From the IMG/VR virus record IMGVR_UViG_3300032272_000009, positions 8,683 through 72,682 of that record: DNA of 64,000 bases; one strand, 5' to 3'. The notes beneath the pieces were generated by a model. The model worked only from the letters and a program-made list of their open reading frames with translations, searched no databases and was not told the DNA's origin. Below are positions 38,152-46,972 of the stretch, piece by piece; within the stretch, counting starts at the first letter, position 1, and every line of letters begins with the position of its first letter. The translations under genes were made by a program, and so were the position numbers. The DNA comes from a virus. Its lineage: Duplodnaviria; Caudoviricetes.

Positions 38152-38478
38152 TTATAAAGTCACTTGCGGTTTTGGGTTTCTCTTTGCCTCTTTATATCTT
38201 GAATATGCATTATGAATAGCATAAATTATCAAAACGAATTCTTTAAAAGAGCCAATAAGTCCAAAGTTTTCTTCATAACATTTAAGCTCCGATAGTGGTA
38301 TTGAGCCGCTATCGGAGTTTGAATGGGATAGTATATCGTAAGCATTCATAAACCAGCTATGTGAAAAATCCATATCTGGTATATGATTCAAAGGTGTATC
38401 CTCACCCTTTAAGCTTTTGTAATGTTTTATATGTTCGCCATGTTCTAGGTTCCACTCCAGAAGGCGAATTACTTTGCC
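38152..38478 (-). CDS. Tail assembly chaperone C-terminal extension (lambda gpT-like), probably reached by -1 frameshift
   Basis: The -1 frame is open across the chaperone stop: GKVIRLLEWNLEHG...IPLSELKCY. Confidence 0.65.
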   Translation of the reverse strand, partial: GKVIRLLEWNLEHGEHIKHYKSLKGEDTPLNHIPDMDFSHSWFMNAYDILSHSNSDSGSIPLSELKCYEENFGLIGSFKEFVLIIYAIHNAYSRYKEAKRNPKPQVTL

Positions 38479-38855
38479 TCTAAAGCTTCGTCCGCAACAG
38501 TAAGATAATTATCAATGTTTTCGGCAAAAATCATGATTGAATCATATGCATCTTTATCGTCAGTAAGCAAAGCTTTTGCGTTATCATAAGAATACTTATG
38601 CTCTACGCCATCTACATCTTTTAGGTTAGTCCACCCTACTAAGATTGTTTTGGCCACACAATCAATCATAATTTCGTTTGATTGTTCTTCACTCATTCGA
38701 CCACTATCAAATTCTTCTTTGAAAGGTTTTAACAGTTCACGAAACACCTTTTTAAAATTGGTGTTTCCAGATCGTGCAACAATTAGTTTGTTGCCACGAT
38801 AGATGTGAATAGAGCCTTCAGTCTCTGTCCGTCCTTTGATTGGCGTAACCTTCAT
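38469..38855 (-). CDS. Tail assembly chaperone (gpG-like)
   Basis: ARSGNTNF...ILVGW.N...YS.DNAKALL; between tail tube and tape measure genes. Confidence 0.8.
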   Translation of the reverse strand: MKVTPIKGRTETEGSIHIYRGNKLIVARSGNTNFKKVFRELLKPFKEEFDSGRMSEEQSNEIMIDCVAKTILVGWTNLKDVDGVEHKYSYDNAKALLTDDKDAYDSIMIFAENIDNYLTVADEALEAK

Positions 38856-38864
38856 TTTATAACT

Positions 38865-38937
38865 CCTGTGTTATAATTTGGTGCCTGTGTTAAATTAATA
38901 AGAGCGAGACCTCGAACACAGGCATAAGAGGTCTCGC
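38865..38937 (-). promoter_or_regulatory. Structured intercistronic RNA (hairpin with a predicted pseudoknot)
   Basis: 10-bp stem GCGAGACCTC/GAGGTCTCGC; loop UGCCUGUGUU complementary to two downstream AACACAGG copies. Confidence 0.6.
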
Positions 38938-38974
38938 AATCTAAGGTAAAGAAACTTACCAAAGCAGGTTTAGA

Positions 38975-40144
38975 TTAAGCGTCTATTCGAGACAGTTTAA
39001 TCATGTAGTCATTTACAGTATCGCGCAATGCTTTGAATGAACCAGATTGCATCAAAAATGCATCTTTTCCAGATATAGGAGTGTCAAGTGATTCAAATTT
39101 ACATTTAGGCATATCGACCCCAATTGCATTATCATCGCCGTCCTTAAGGATGATTGTTACACTGAATGATTCTGCCGCAACAAACTTATTATACAGCTCA
39201 AGATCAGCAAAGTAAACTTCTGTGTTGCCCGTGACCATCAGGCTATAAGCAGAGAGGTCACATGCACCCAAAGTACCGATTGCTTTAGCAGGGTTGATTT
39301 GATTATCAAGTGTAAGATCAAGACTTGCAAAAGAACATGTACCAACAGTTACGCCACCAATGCGAATAACACCAACACTTGAGACTGAATTCAAGATTGA
39401 ATATGCAGGGACTGGCACATCAGCTGTTTCGCCAGTAAGGACAATTGCTCTGGTTTCTTCTGTCAACCCGACGATTCCAAAAGTTCCATTAAGGATAGAA
39501 CCTGTTGCAAAATTCAAATTCATTGAATTGATTGCACAACCGCGATAGTACCAGTAGTAAGGAGTTGCAACATTGGTAGCTATCTTACGGATTGTATAGC
39601 CTTCTATTGGGCTTGAACCATTCTTGCTAATGCCTGTAGCTGTAATGACAACATCAGTAAGAGCAGTTGTTGCGCCAGTCGCAGGGTATACAGTGATTTC
39701 ATCTGTTCCAGTTGCCGAACAAGTATATTCGCCATCAATAGTTGAATCAGCAACAGACGTCAATCTGAATACATCACCAGTTTCTACCAGCGCTTCAATA
39801 CCAGCCTTTCCAACAATTGTGTTATCAACTGTGCCATCATTTGTTGCTGTTGTAATTGCAATTGCGCGTGGTGCAGCAGCATTCATCAGCACTGATTGCA
39901 TAAAATCTGCATAAGGTGCATAAGACAATTCAAAATTTACGTCACCGTTGATATCACCATCAACAACAATCAAATCGTCTGTCTGTCGATCAGAGCGGAT
40001 AACATCTGATACAGCAGTTACTATATTGTTTGCAGGGCTACCGCCAGTCGTTGGCAGAAGTGTAAATGTTGGCGTTGCATCAGTTGTGCCAAACACTGTC
40101 TCTTTGTCATAAGCTAGGCTCGTTTTATTGGTACTTGCTACCAT
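38975..40144 (-). CDS. Major tail (tube) protein
   Basis: IRSDRQ..D, GDVNFELSY, VTGNTEVYF.D..LYNKF; no sheath gene nearby. Confidence 0.88.
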   Translation of the reverse strand: MVASTNKTSLAYDKETVFGTTDATPTFTLLPTTGGSPANNIVTAVSDVIRSDRQTDDLIVVDGDINGDVNFELSYAPYADFMQSVLMNAAAPRAIAITTATNDGTVDNTIVGKAGIEALVETGDVFRLTSVADSTIDGEYTCSATGTDEITVYPATGATTALTDVVITATGISKNGSSPIEGYTIRKIATNVATPYYWYYRGCAINSMNLNFATGSILNGTFGIVGLTEETRAIVLTGETADVPVPAYSILNSVSSVGVIRIGGVTVGTCSFASLDLTLDNQINPAKAIGTLGACDLSAYSLMVTGNTEVYFADLELYNKFVAAESFSVTIILKDGDDNAIGVDMPKCKFESLDTPISGKDAFLMQSGSFKALRDTVNDYMIKLSRIDA

Positions 40145-40211
40145 GATTTTTCTCCTAAGTTAAGAGTAAAATTAAGTTCAAAAAGCATGGCTACAGTTTG
40201 AACGGCTATCA

Positions 40212-40616
40212 TCATTCTTCGTCAGATACATAAGGTGTATCAACTATTAAACCGAACCAACCAACATCGGCCTCTTTATTTCTTCTAGTCATTGAAGCTT
40301 TTGTAAACAAATTATTCTGATTAATGTTATCCATAAACCCACGGATTTGATCTGAGTAAGCATATGCCTTACTAGTTCCAATATCTTTTTTGATATAAAT
40401 CTTTACAGCCAAAACGCCTTCATGTCTTACTCGTCTGGTTATTGCTGATCCTATACCAACGTTTGTTGATGTGTAGTTTATAAACTTCACTGATATAAAA
40501 GCGGCTAAATTCTTATCATCAAAGTCTACATTATCAAACTTAATTGGTGTTGTCACTCCCCAACCATCAATTAATGCTGTCTCTAAAAGCTCTCTTGTTT
40601 TATCGAGGTTAGGCAT
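40212..40616 (-). CDS. Tail terminator-like protein
   Basis: IKFDNV, GVLAVKIY....GT; synteny. Confidence 0.7.
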   Translation of the reverse strand: MPNLDKTRELLETALIDGWGVTTPIKFDNVDFDDKNLAAFISVKFINYTSTNVGIGSAITRRVRHEGVLAVKIYIKKDIGTSKAYAYSDQIRGFMDNINQNNLFTKASMTRRNKEADVGWFGLIVDTPYVSDEE

Positions 40617-40980
40617 TTTTAGTCATCATCATAGCTTCCTGTATAAAATTCTGGTTGTGGTCATTTCCACCTTCACCATTATTCACCAACACTATATACG
40701 GGCTATTATTATAAATAGTAAACATTGTCCAGTTGCGCACATATCTATCAAAATCTGGAACTGGTGTCTCTTTAACATTTCTACCAGTATTTTCTATTAC
40801 CGTCTTACCAGCTTTGCTTCCGGGTCTAGCTTTCCAATTAGCCTTCAAAGTGCCAGTAGCTTCCGGTGTAGTCTCCATAAGATTATCAAAAAGCTGTGAG
40901 GCTATTTTTTTCTTATGATCGCCAAAGATATTAATCATAATATCTCCGACTTCTTCAAGACTACTAGCTCTAAATGGCAT
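40609..40980 (-). CDS. Neck / tail-completion protein (HK97 gp10-like)
   Basis: TPEATGTLKANW; IYNNSPYI..VN.G. Confidence 0.75.
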   Translation of the reverse strand: MPFRASSLEEVGDIMINIFGDHKKKIASQLFDNLMETTPEATGTLKANWKARPGSKAGKTVIENTGRNVKETPVPDFDRYVRNWTMFTIYNNSPYIVLVNNGEGGNDHNQNFIQEAMMMTKNA

Positions 40981-41375
40981 TATAATCTCCTACATTTAAG
41001 ATTATGAGTTGCGCCTACTGGATCAATTGTTACTTTTCCTATTTCGTGATTTGAACCAACAAGAGTTCTTTTATTTGTTATTGTAGCTTTCATTCCCGGT
41101 CTAAACTCAGGAATAGTTCTATCGCTGTCAAGCACAATTACGCTTACATAATCTGTAGTGGCGTCAGCATTATCCTTGCCTTCTTCATCTGTGCCAAGAG
41201 CTATGCAGTCCATTGTATAGATTACTGGTGTTGATGTAACCGATTCGGCGCCAGCAGCAGGATTATAGTTGATGCTTGATGCCTCTTCAGTAATGACCAA
41301 AGTTGACACGGCATCAGAAAGATCATCTAGCATGGCCTCTCTTAAATCTGCTTGTATGTCTGCGTAGATTCCCAT
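40980..41375 (-). CDS. Head-closure / head-tail joining protein
   Basis: YNPAAG...; beta-rich; synteny. Confidence 0.65.
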   Translation of the reverse strand: MGIYADIQADLREAMLDDLSDAVSTLVITEEASSINYNPAAGAESVTSTPVIYTMDCIALGTDEEGKDNADATTDYVSVIVLDSDRTIPEFRPGMKATITNKRTLVGSNHEIGKVTIDPVGATHNLKCRRL

Positions 41376-41376
41376 T

Positions 41377-41784
41377 TTATACTCTAGTCAAGCTTCCTTT
41401 AGTGTAATTGCAAACTGTCTTAAGTATTGCAATAACCTTTGACAGCGAATTTGGCTGATCTGATTTTGAATAACCATAATCTGTTTCAGTTGTGACCGGT
41501 CCTGCTTTTACCTTTTTGCTTTTTACATTTTTCTTATTGTCAAAGAATAAATCGCCTTGGATAAAATAATCATATGCGAGTAAAGTGTTTGCATATTTTA
41601 CCTCATCACTTATTGCTGAGTAATCAACCACACAATCAAAATTTGCATCAATATAATATCTTCCCCATAATAAGGCGTCTTCTTTTACTTCATCATCAAG
41701 ATCGAGCCAATCTTCTTTAAGCGCCAAAAAGACATCTGCTTCAGCGGCGGTAGCATAACTCTGCGTTGCTGTTGCTGTAGTCAT
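41377..41784 (-). CDS. Head-tail adaptor (DnaT-like family of connector proteins)
   Basis: SYATAAEAD.F...W...KE.AL..G..YID; KVKAGPV...Y. Confidence 0.75.
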   Translation of the reverse strand: MTTATATQSYATAAEADVFLALKEDWLDLDDEVKEDALLWGRYYIDANFDCVVDYSAISDEVKYANTLLAYDYFIQGDLFFDNKKNVKSKKVKAGPVTTETDYGYSKSDQPNSLSKVIAILKTVCNYTKGSLTRV

Positions 41785-41805
41785 AATATTTTATATGCCT
41801 TTGTA

Positions 41806-42126
41806 TCAATCACAAGTCTTTATTGCTGCTTTGACTTTACATTCTCTATGCTGTCTAAGGCCGGGGCCTCCATCAATATCAATCTTGATTATATAAGTTG
41901 TCCGGTTTACAAATTCAACGTCATATGGAACTGTTCCACGATACAAACCATCGCTAAGACTAATGTATGTAAGAGTTAGTGGCCAGACAAAACCAGCCAC
42001 TTCAACCCCATTGCGATCTACAACTGTTGCAGTAATAACAGCATCATTAATATACAACCCTGATATATTATTGATTAACCCACTAACGGTAATGAGATTA
42101 TCAGATAATATAAAGACTTCAGACAT
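41806..42126 (-). CDS. Virion-associated Ig-like/beta protein
   Basis: beta-rich 106 aa within the structural operon. Confidence 0.6.
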   Translation of the reverse strand: MSEVFILSDNLITVSGLINNISGLYINDAVITATVVDRNGVEVAGFVWPLTLTYISLSDGLYRGTVPYDVEFVNRTTYIIKIDIDGGPGLRQHRECKVKAAIKTCD

Positions 42127-42352
42127 CTGCTTTTACCGATACAGCCTGGCGAATTGACTTAACATCAATCTTATTAGGGCCAGCTTTACGCTCACCTTGC
42201 TGGCCGGTATCTAAATCCTTTGCCCAGCCAACCTGAACCCATTCACTGTACTGCGTAGCCTGCTCAATGCCATCAGAAACAAGAACTTCGCCTTTCAGGT
42301 GATGGATTTTACCAACTTTGATTCCATCTTCTTCAACAATTTCAACTCTCAC
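42119..42352 (-). CDS. Hypothetical protein
   Basis: 77-aa ORF overlapping the next gene. Confidence 0.6.
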   Translation of the reverse strand: MRVEIVEEDGIKVGKIHHLKGEVLVSDGIEQATQYSEWVQVGWAKDLDTGQQGERKAGPNKIDVKSIRQAVSVKADV

Positions 42353-42393
42353 GATTAACTACTCCAAATTTGATATTAAAATAAACAATGACA

Positions 42394-42762
42394 CTACGCG
42401 GTTGGATCAGCAATTTCATGATCCCAAGCTGGAATATCAACTGTACCGCCTGAGGTCAGTGCCTGTGATGTGCAAGTTGTAACGTCAAGAACATTAATGC
42501 CATCAGTTAGAGCAACATGAGTTGCCGTTCCAGTTGCTGTAATGCTTACTCCAGCCTTTGCTGCAACAGTAACTTTGCGACCAGAAACGTCACCATTTGC
42601 ATTTGTGTAATCACCGCCAACCATAGCCTGAGTCGCTAGATTGTAGGTGGTTGTTGCTTCAGCCAAAGTCGTTGGTTCAGCAGAACAAACATGCTGACTG
42701 GTAGACGTTGCAATCTTATCTAGTGCAGCATCCATAACACTATCGTGTGTAACCTTTCCCAT
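42394..42762 (-). CDS. Virion structural protein
   Basis: GRKVTVAAK.GV....GTATHVAL...IPAWD.EI.DP; GAGG SD. Confidence 0.7.
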   Translation of the reverse strand: MGKVTHDSVMDAALDKIATSTSQHVCSAEPTTLAEATTTYNLATQAMVGGDYTNANGDVSGRKVTVAAKAGVSITATGTATHVALTDGINVLDVTTCTSQALTSGGTVDIPAWDHEIADPTA

Positions 42763-42802
42763 GATCCGTCCTCACTTAAAAGTAAAAAAATTGTACCATA
42801 CA

Positions 42803-45049
42803 TTAAACAGAGCTGTCAACGTCAATCAGTCCATCTATTGGAATTGATATAACAATTCCGCCATCTATAGGTGCCGCAATAACGATCACACCACCTATTT
42901 CACCAAACAGTGATCCGATGTTGACATTTTGAACTGTCTGTATCTGCTCAATATCGGAAACAACCAAAATATTATGTGACGCCAGGGTAACAGAATCTAT
43001 ATTTTGAACTTGATCAACACCGGCAACAATCAATGTTCCATGCTGTGCAAGTGCAATATTCTCAAGGTCTTGAGTCTGAAGAATGTCACTAATGAACAAA
43101 ATATTATGCTGTAGTAGTGTTACATTCATCAATGTTTGAGTTTGATCTATTCCATCGACGCTTAATGAATTATGCTGTGTTAAAGTTATGTCTTCTATAT
43201 TCTGTATTTGTTCAATATCGTTAATTATTATAGCACTATGTTGCGTCAGTGAAAGTGAATCAATAGTTTGCGATTGATCAGAGTCCTGAACATTTAATGT
43301 GCCAGCCACAGCAAGGATTATATTATCAATTTGCTGCGATTGAATAATATTTTGAATAGCCAATATATTATGCTGAAGTAACGCAAATATATCTATTGAT
43401 TGCTCTTGATCAATTTGATCAACCGCCAAGGAATTATGTTGTGTTATTGATACGCTGTCAATCACTTGATCTTGATTGACATTGTTAACAGCAATTATAC
43501 CATGCTGTGTAAGTGATGGTGTATCTAATATTTGCGCTTGAAGTACGTCACTGATAATTAGTATATTATGTTGTGTAAGCAAAACATTGTCAATAGTTTG
43601 TGATTGTTCCAGATCACTAACTAATAGCGAATTGTGCTGGACTAGTGATACATTATCAATTGTTTGAGCCTGCGTAGAATCCTGAGCAACAAGCTGAGTT
43701 GATATTGATAGAATAACGTTATCAATTGTTTGAGGCTGTATCAAATCACCAACTAACAAATCCCCATGCTGTATGAGGTCTATATTATCAATCGCCTGAG
43801 ATTGTGCAATATCACCAACTGACAATGCTGAATGTTGAGTCAGCGAAATATTATCAATTGATTGTGATTGAAAAATATCCTGCACAACCAATGCGGTTCC
43901 ACCAGCAGCAGTAAAGGTGCAATATATTGAAACTATAAGACCATCATACTCAGTTGGGGCCAGTGGATCAGGCCAAGCTGAAGCATATGTGACAGGGTCT
44001 ATTAAGGCATATTGACCTGAAGAGGCAGAGTCATAATATATTTGACCACCGACGCCTCGTACCATTGGCTGATATTCAGTAGCATCTGCAATGGTTGGTG
44101 CCGTTGGGAAGGTGAAATCCTGCCAGTGTTGCCCATTAGCAACGTCTATTACCTCTGCTGTAGTACCGTTTGTCACTAGCGCATCTGAAGTTCTACCTTC
44201 ATATATAGCTGCTTTCATGTCTTCAGTAGCTATGGTACCGTCCACAGAGGCTGTTAACTTATCGCCAGTACCAGCCCCCGCACTGTTTGTGAAGTTTGAA
44301 CCGACTGCGTTAGCGAAAAGAGGTGTTGACGATGCCCCCGCTGTTGTATACCCGAACGTAGGGTCAACAATTACGGGATATACCGCAGTATCTAGGAAAG
44401 CTTGAGGGACGGTTACCGTTAGTGTACTAGTTGAATCATTATAGAAAAGGTCACACCACACCTCATTTTCAGACGCGTCTACTGCATGAGCGCGGTATAT
44501 ATGAAACGCTTTTCCAGCCCGGTAATGCTTCCCACCAATTGTATTATTCTTTTTTGTTTTATGATAAACAGCATACGACTTTTCAACATTAGCAGGCCTG
44601 ATTGCACCTCTGTCGATCTCACCTTGTGTTAAAGGGGGTTGATACTCAAACCTAAACCCTTTTGACTGCACAGAAAATTCAATGACGTTACTTGTTGGTT
44701 TAGCTGCAAACTCAACCTCAAACTCAAAACCGCCATCTTCACCACCAGTAGCCAGCTCATAGAATCGCGCCTTTCTTCCTGCGCGTTCCCATTCGATTTT
44801 ATCCGCAACAGTTTGGATTGTTGCGACCATGTAATCATCATCAATGAGGCGTAATGAAAAATTACATTCATTATCCCAGTGCTTTGTTTTGAATTGTGGG
44901 TAAGCTATACCGGGCTGTTTTTTGTCACCGACTTCTATTTCTATACTGCGTGCTGTATCAGGTTGTTTTATATGTGCGAACGTGTTGTCGGCAACAGTGA
45001 ATGCAGTGTCTACCTGCGGCGATAATTCAGCTATGTTTATCTGCGCCAT
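42803..45049 (-). CDS. Large virion fibre-like protein with a 22-aa repeat stalk
   Basis: 748 aa; globular N-terminal domains followed by about 14.5 QxQxIDxxxLxQHxxLxVxDxx repeats. Confidence 0.75.
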   Translation of the reverse strand: MAQINIAELSPQVDTAFTVADNTFAHIKQPDTARSIEIEVGDKKQPGIAYPQFKTKHWDNECNFSLRLIDDDYMVATIQTVADKIEWERAGRKARFYELATGGEDGGFEFEVEFAAKPTSNVIEFSVQSKGFRFEYQPPLTQGEIDRGAIRPANVEKSYAVYHKTKKNNTIGGKHYRAGKAFHIYRAHAVDASENEVWCDLFYNDSTSTLTVTVPQAFLDTAVYPVIVDPTFGYTTAGASSTPLFANAVGSNFTNSAGAGTGDKLTASVDGTIATEDMKAAIYEGRTSDALVTNGTTAEVIDVANGQHWQDFTFPTAPTIADATEYQPMVRGVGGQIYYDSASSGQYALIDPVTYASAWPDPLAPTEYDGLIVSIYCTFTAAGGTALVVQDIFQSQSIDNISLTQHSALSVGDIAQSQAIDNIDLIQHGDLLVGDLIQPQTIDNVILSISTQLVAQDSTQAQTIDNVSLVQHNSLLVSDLEQSQTIDNVLLTQHNILIISDVLQAQILDTPSLTQHGIIAVNNVNQDQVIDSVSITQHNSLAVDQIDQEQSIDIFALLQHNILAIQNIIQSQQIDNIILAVAGTLNVQDSDQSQTIDSLSLTQHSAIIINDIEQIQNIEDITLTQHNSLSVDGIDQTQTLMNVTLLQHNILFISDILQTQDLENIALAQHGTLIVAGVDQVQNIDSVTLASHNILVVSDIEQIQTVQNVNIGSLFGEIGGVIVIAAPIDGGIVISIPIDGLIDVDSSV
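42915..43870 (-). repeat. Tandem 22-aa (66-bp) repeats, about 14.5 copies
   Basis: QSQSIDNISLTQHSALSVGDIA / QSQAIDNIDLIQHGDLLVGDLI / QAQTIDNVSLVQHNSLLVSDLE ... Confidence 0.9.
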
Positions 45050-45227
45050 GCGTTATTGCACTCAAATTGGATTGTATCAGTATAAAATAGTGTTATTTTT
45101 ATAGCAGCATCCTTGCCAGTACAGTCTATATCCAAATCTTCCGTGATTAAACTTTCATTGCTCACTTCAAATTCTCCGAATTAAACTATGAGCGCTGAAA
45201 GTTTAAAATCATGCTCGTACAAAATTA

Positions 45228-45581
45228 TTATTTTTTCTCTGCTTCTTTCTTTGCATTGTTGTATGTTGCACGAGCTGCGCGATTAATCTCGGCAAGTGAA
45301 GGTTTTTCGCGAGCAGCAATCTTAGCTGCTTCTTCGTTAGTTTCTTCAACAATTGCGGCAGCAGCTTCTTCAGCTTCAGATTCTTCAAGCTCGGCTAGGT
45401 CGTCAGTTTCTTTTTGTTTAGCAACGACTTCTTCAGCTTCAAGTTCTTCGGCAGCAACTAATTCTGCGGCGGCAGCTTCTTGTTCGGCAACCAGTTCTTC
45501 TTCGGTTTTTTCAGTGATAGACTCAATGGCAGCTTTTTCAGCAAGCTCTTCAGCGATTGTTTTGTCTTTTTTATTACTCAT
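45228..45581 (-). CDS. Glu/Ala-rich protein downstream of the capsid gene
   Basis: 117 aa, low-complexity acidic helix; AGGTAGG SD. Confidence 0.7.
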   Translation of the reverse strand: MSNKKDKTIAEELAEKAAIESITEKTEEELVAEQEAAAAELVAAEELEAEEVVAKQKETDDLAELEESEAEEAAAAIVEETNEEAAKIAAREKPSLAEINRAARATYNNAKKEAEKK

Positions 45582-45710
45582 TTTAATATACCTACCTGTG
45601 GTTGTAGTTAAAATTAATTAGTACCTTTTGCTTTAGGTATTACCGTCAAAGTCCATCCAGCATTTACAGAAACCGTTGTCGGTAGATTCTCAATAATTAA
45701 TACCTTGTTT

Positions 45711-45740
45711 AAAAATGAGGCTGCTACATTACAGCCCCAT
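45711..45740 (-). terminator. Intrinsic terminator after the major capsid gene
   Basis: AUGGGGCUG-loop-CAGCCUCAU-UUUU. Confidence 0.7.
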
Positions 45741-45760
45741 TCTAGTTCAGTTAAAGAATA

Positions 45761-46777
45761 TTAACCATTGGTTTTCAGGAATGACAGTGGGATATTCTTA
45801 CGATCTGTATAGATACGATCCCATTGTGTGGCAACTTCAAGCTGTGCACGAGTAGCAGAGATACCCTGAGCAAGACCAGTAGACAAGAAAGCAAAACCCT
45901 GTGGGTGAATGATTTCATTGTAACGAGAATGCAAGATATCCTGACCACTACCATTACCAGAACTTGCAACACGCTCCAGTTCTGAAGGTTGCAGAGCAGG
46001 AGATTCACCATAACCGAATGCACCAACACCAAACAGCACAGAGGTATAAACAAAACCATTTGTACCACCAGCTGTAACGTCAAGTGCATCATCAACAATT
46101 ACTCGCAGACCAAGATAGGTAGCGATATTAACTTCGCCACGCGCATCAGGAATAAAAGTGATCAGATTGAGTTTCTGCAAAGTGCTGTATACAGTAGAGT
46201 GAATTGCAATGGCAGTCACAGAGCCAGCAGCATCGCCCAGAGTGGCCAGAGCATCAATCACAGCATCAGCATGGATCAAGTTAGCAGCAACAGCACTAAG
46301 GCCAGCAGCGATTGACACATCAACAACCATATCACCACCATCATTGGCGATATTATCAGCCATCACGCCCATTGAAGAAGAAACCACACGCTGTTGAGTA
46401 TTTACAGCCCAATAGTGACCAATGCGATTGGTGATTGCACCAAGAGGATCAGCAAGAGCCAGCTGGCGAGATAAATCCATAGTAGACCAAGACTTATTCT
46501 GATTTGCCAGGCGATAGATTTGAGTACCACTATCAATCTTTGCTGGCGTAGAATTTACAGCAGGATCATCCGTTGAGTAATTAGGCTCATCGTTGGTCAA
46601 TGGATTGAAGTTTGGCAGTTCGCCAATCATGCCACCAGTTGAAACCATGTCGTTGATGCGAGGGTCTTGCACTAAGATACCAGATGCAAGGAAAGCGTTA
46701 CGTTCTGTTGCTGATTCTTGAACAGCAGCATTAAATGCCGTTGGTTCATAAATATCTGCAAGTTGTACTGCGGCCAT
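45761..46777 (-). CDS. Major capsid protein (HK97 fold)
   Basis: 338 aa after the scaffold gene; LADIY.P..F...F.ASGI, IGHYW, HP.GF; high-expression codon bias. Confidence 0.9.
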   Translation of the reverse strand: MAAVQLADIYEPTAFNAAVQESATERNAFLASGILVQDPRINDMVSTGGMIGELPNFNPLTNDEPNYSTDDPAVNSTPAKIDSGTQIYRLANQNKSWSTMDLSRQLALADPLGAITNRIGHYWAVNTQQRVVSSSMGVMADNIANDGGDMVVDVSIAAGLSAVAANLIHADAVIDALATLGDAAGSVTAIAIHSTVYSTLQKLNLITFIPDARGEVNIATYLGLRVIVDDALDVTAGGTNGFVYTSVLFGVGAFGYGESPALQPSELERVASSGNGSGQDILHSRYNEIIHPQGFAFLSTGLAQGISATRAQLEVATQWDRIYTDRKNIPLSFLKTNG

Positions 46778-46916
46778 ATTGTTTCTCCATTTTGTTTAAT
46801 CACTCAATGGAGAAAATTCGCCAAAGAGCATAAAATTTAATTTATTCTCCTCGACCAAATCAAGGGTGTTTCGACCAAATCGAAACTTGAATGTTATTTT
46901 GTATCTGTCAGTGTTA

Positions 46917-46956
46917 AAAATAACCCAAACCACAAGATATGTCAAGTGGTTTGGGT
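46917..46956 (-). promoter_or_regulatory. Terminator-like hairpin containing a sigma70 promoter
   Basis: 11-bp inverted repeat ACCCAAACCAC/GTGGTTTGGGT; TTGACA in the loop, N17, TATTTT as the -10 that is also the U tract. Confidence 0.6.
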
Positions 46957-46972
46957 AATTTATTTACATTTA

